From the NCBI GenBank assembly GCA_963773815.1, contig CAVZCI010000003.1:151749-215748 (forward strand): a stretch of 64,000 nucleotides of DNA, in the 5' to 3' direction. Of the stretch, positions 63,887-64,000 are shown in pieces. The position numbers were made by a program, and so were the translations under genes. The notes under the pieces are model-generated. The model was not told where the DNA came from. It saw only the letters and a list, made by a program, of their open reading frames with translations, and did no database searches. The DNA comes from an uncultured Acidobacteriota bacterium. Lineage in GTDB: Bacteria > Acidobacteriota > Thermoanaerobaculia > UBA5066 > DATFVB01. Within the stretch, counting starts at the first letter, position 1. Each line of letters opens with the position of its first letter.

Positions 63887-64000
63887 TCAGCCGGCGTCTT
63901 CCCCCGCGAACTCGATTCGAACGTCCCGAACCAGGCCGGCCCGCGCGGCGCGTCCGAGGAAGGTCTCGATCGCGAGGCGGCCCCTCTCCCCGTAGCCGCG
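63887..64000 (-). CDS. 3' end of an unidentified convergent gene (partial; continues past the window end)
   Basis: Minus-strand frame ...GYGERGRLAIETFLGRAARAGLVRDVRIEFAGEDAG then stop at 63887-63889; too short to classify. Confidence 0.25.
   Translation of the reverse strand, partial: RGYGERGRLAIETFLGRAARAGLVRDVRIEFAGEDAG

Overview
This is a high-GC (roughly two-thirds G+C) bacterial chromosomal segment, probably from a diderm; it carries outer-membrane beta-barrel and lipoprotein genes and an mreBCD-mrdA-rodA cell-shape cluster. I could support about 65 protein genes and two tRNAs from the sequence. The recognisable blocks are mostly housekeeping.

- **Named blocks:** pgk-tpiA-secG-tRNA-Leu; trxB; an Rrf2-family regulator followed by a sufBCDSU Fe-S cluster assembly operon; iscS divergent from a tandem ThyX-like gene; rng-rodA-mrdA-mreDCB; ppiD-ruvA-ruvB-dgk; fba-like aldolase, tdh and kbl.
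- **Other genes:** various hydrolases, transporters and secreted or outer-membrane hypothetical proteins.
- **Absent:** no CRISPR array, integrase, transposase or obvious large defence locus. The only mobile-type module is a vapBC toxin-antitoxin pair.

Two technical points affect everything below.

- **Inflated ORF track:** the extreme GC content inflates the six-frame ORF track, so many listed ORFs are read-through artefacts. Real genes are often sub-segments of them.
- **Apparent frameshifts:** many recognisable conserved genes carry apparent single-base frameshifts. These are sparse over most of the window and very dense across the suf operon. That pattern fits an error-prone or locally low-quality assembly better than true pseudogenes, so frameshifted genes are called as CDS with the disruption noted.

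Other noteworthy items:
- A ~130-bp repeat present twice, consisting of back-to-back terminator hairpins.
- A small ArsR-plus-peptide cassette bounded by direct repeats, sitting between tdh and kbl.
- A duplication of the tpiA 5' end.
- An XRE regulator with an AT-rich palindromic island and a divergent 29-aa hydrophobic ORF.
- A tandem-domain ThyX-like protein with a degenerate active-site motif.
- A cyclophilin fused to a large His-rich C-terminal domain.
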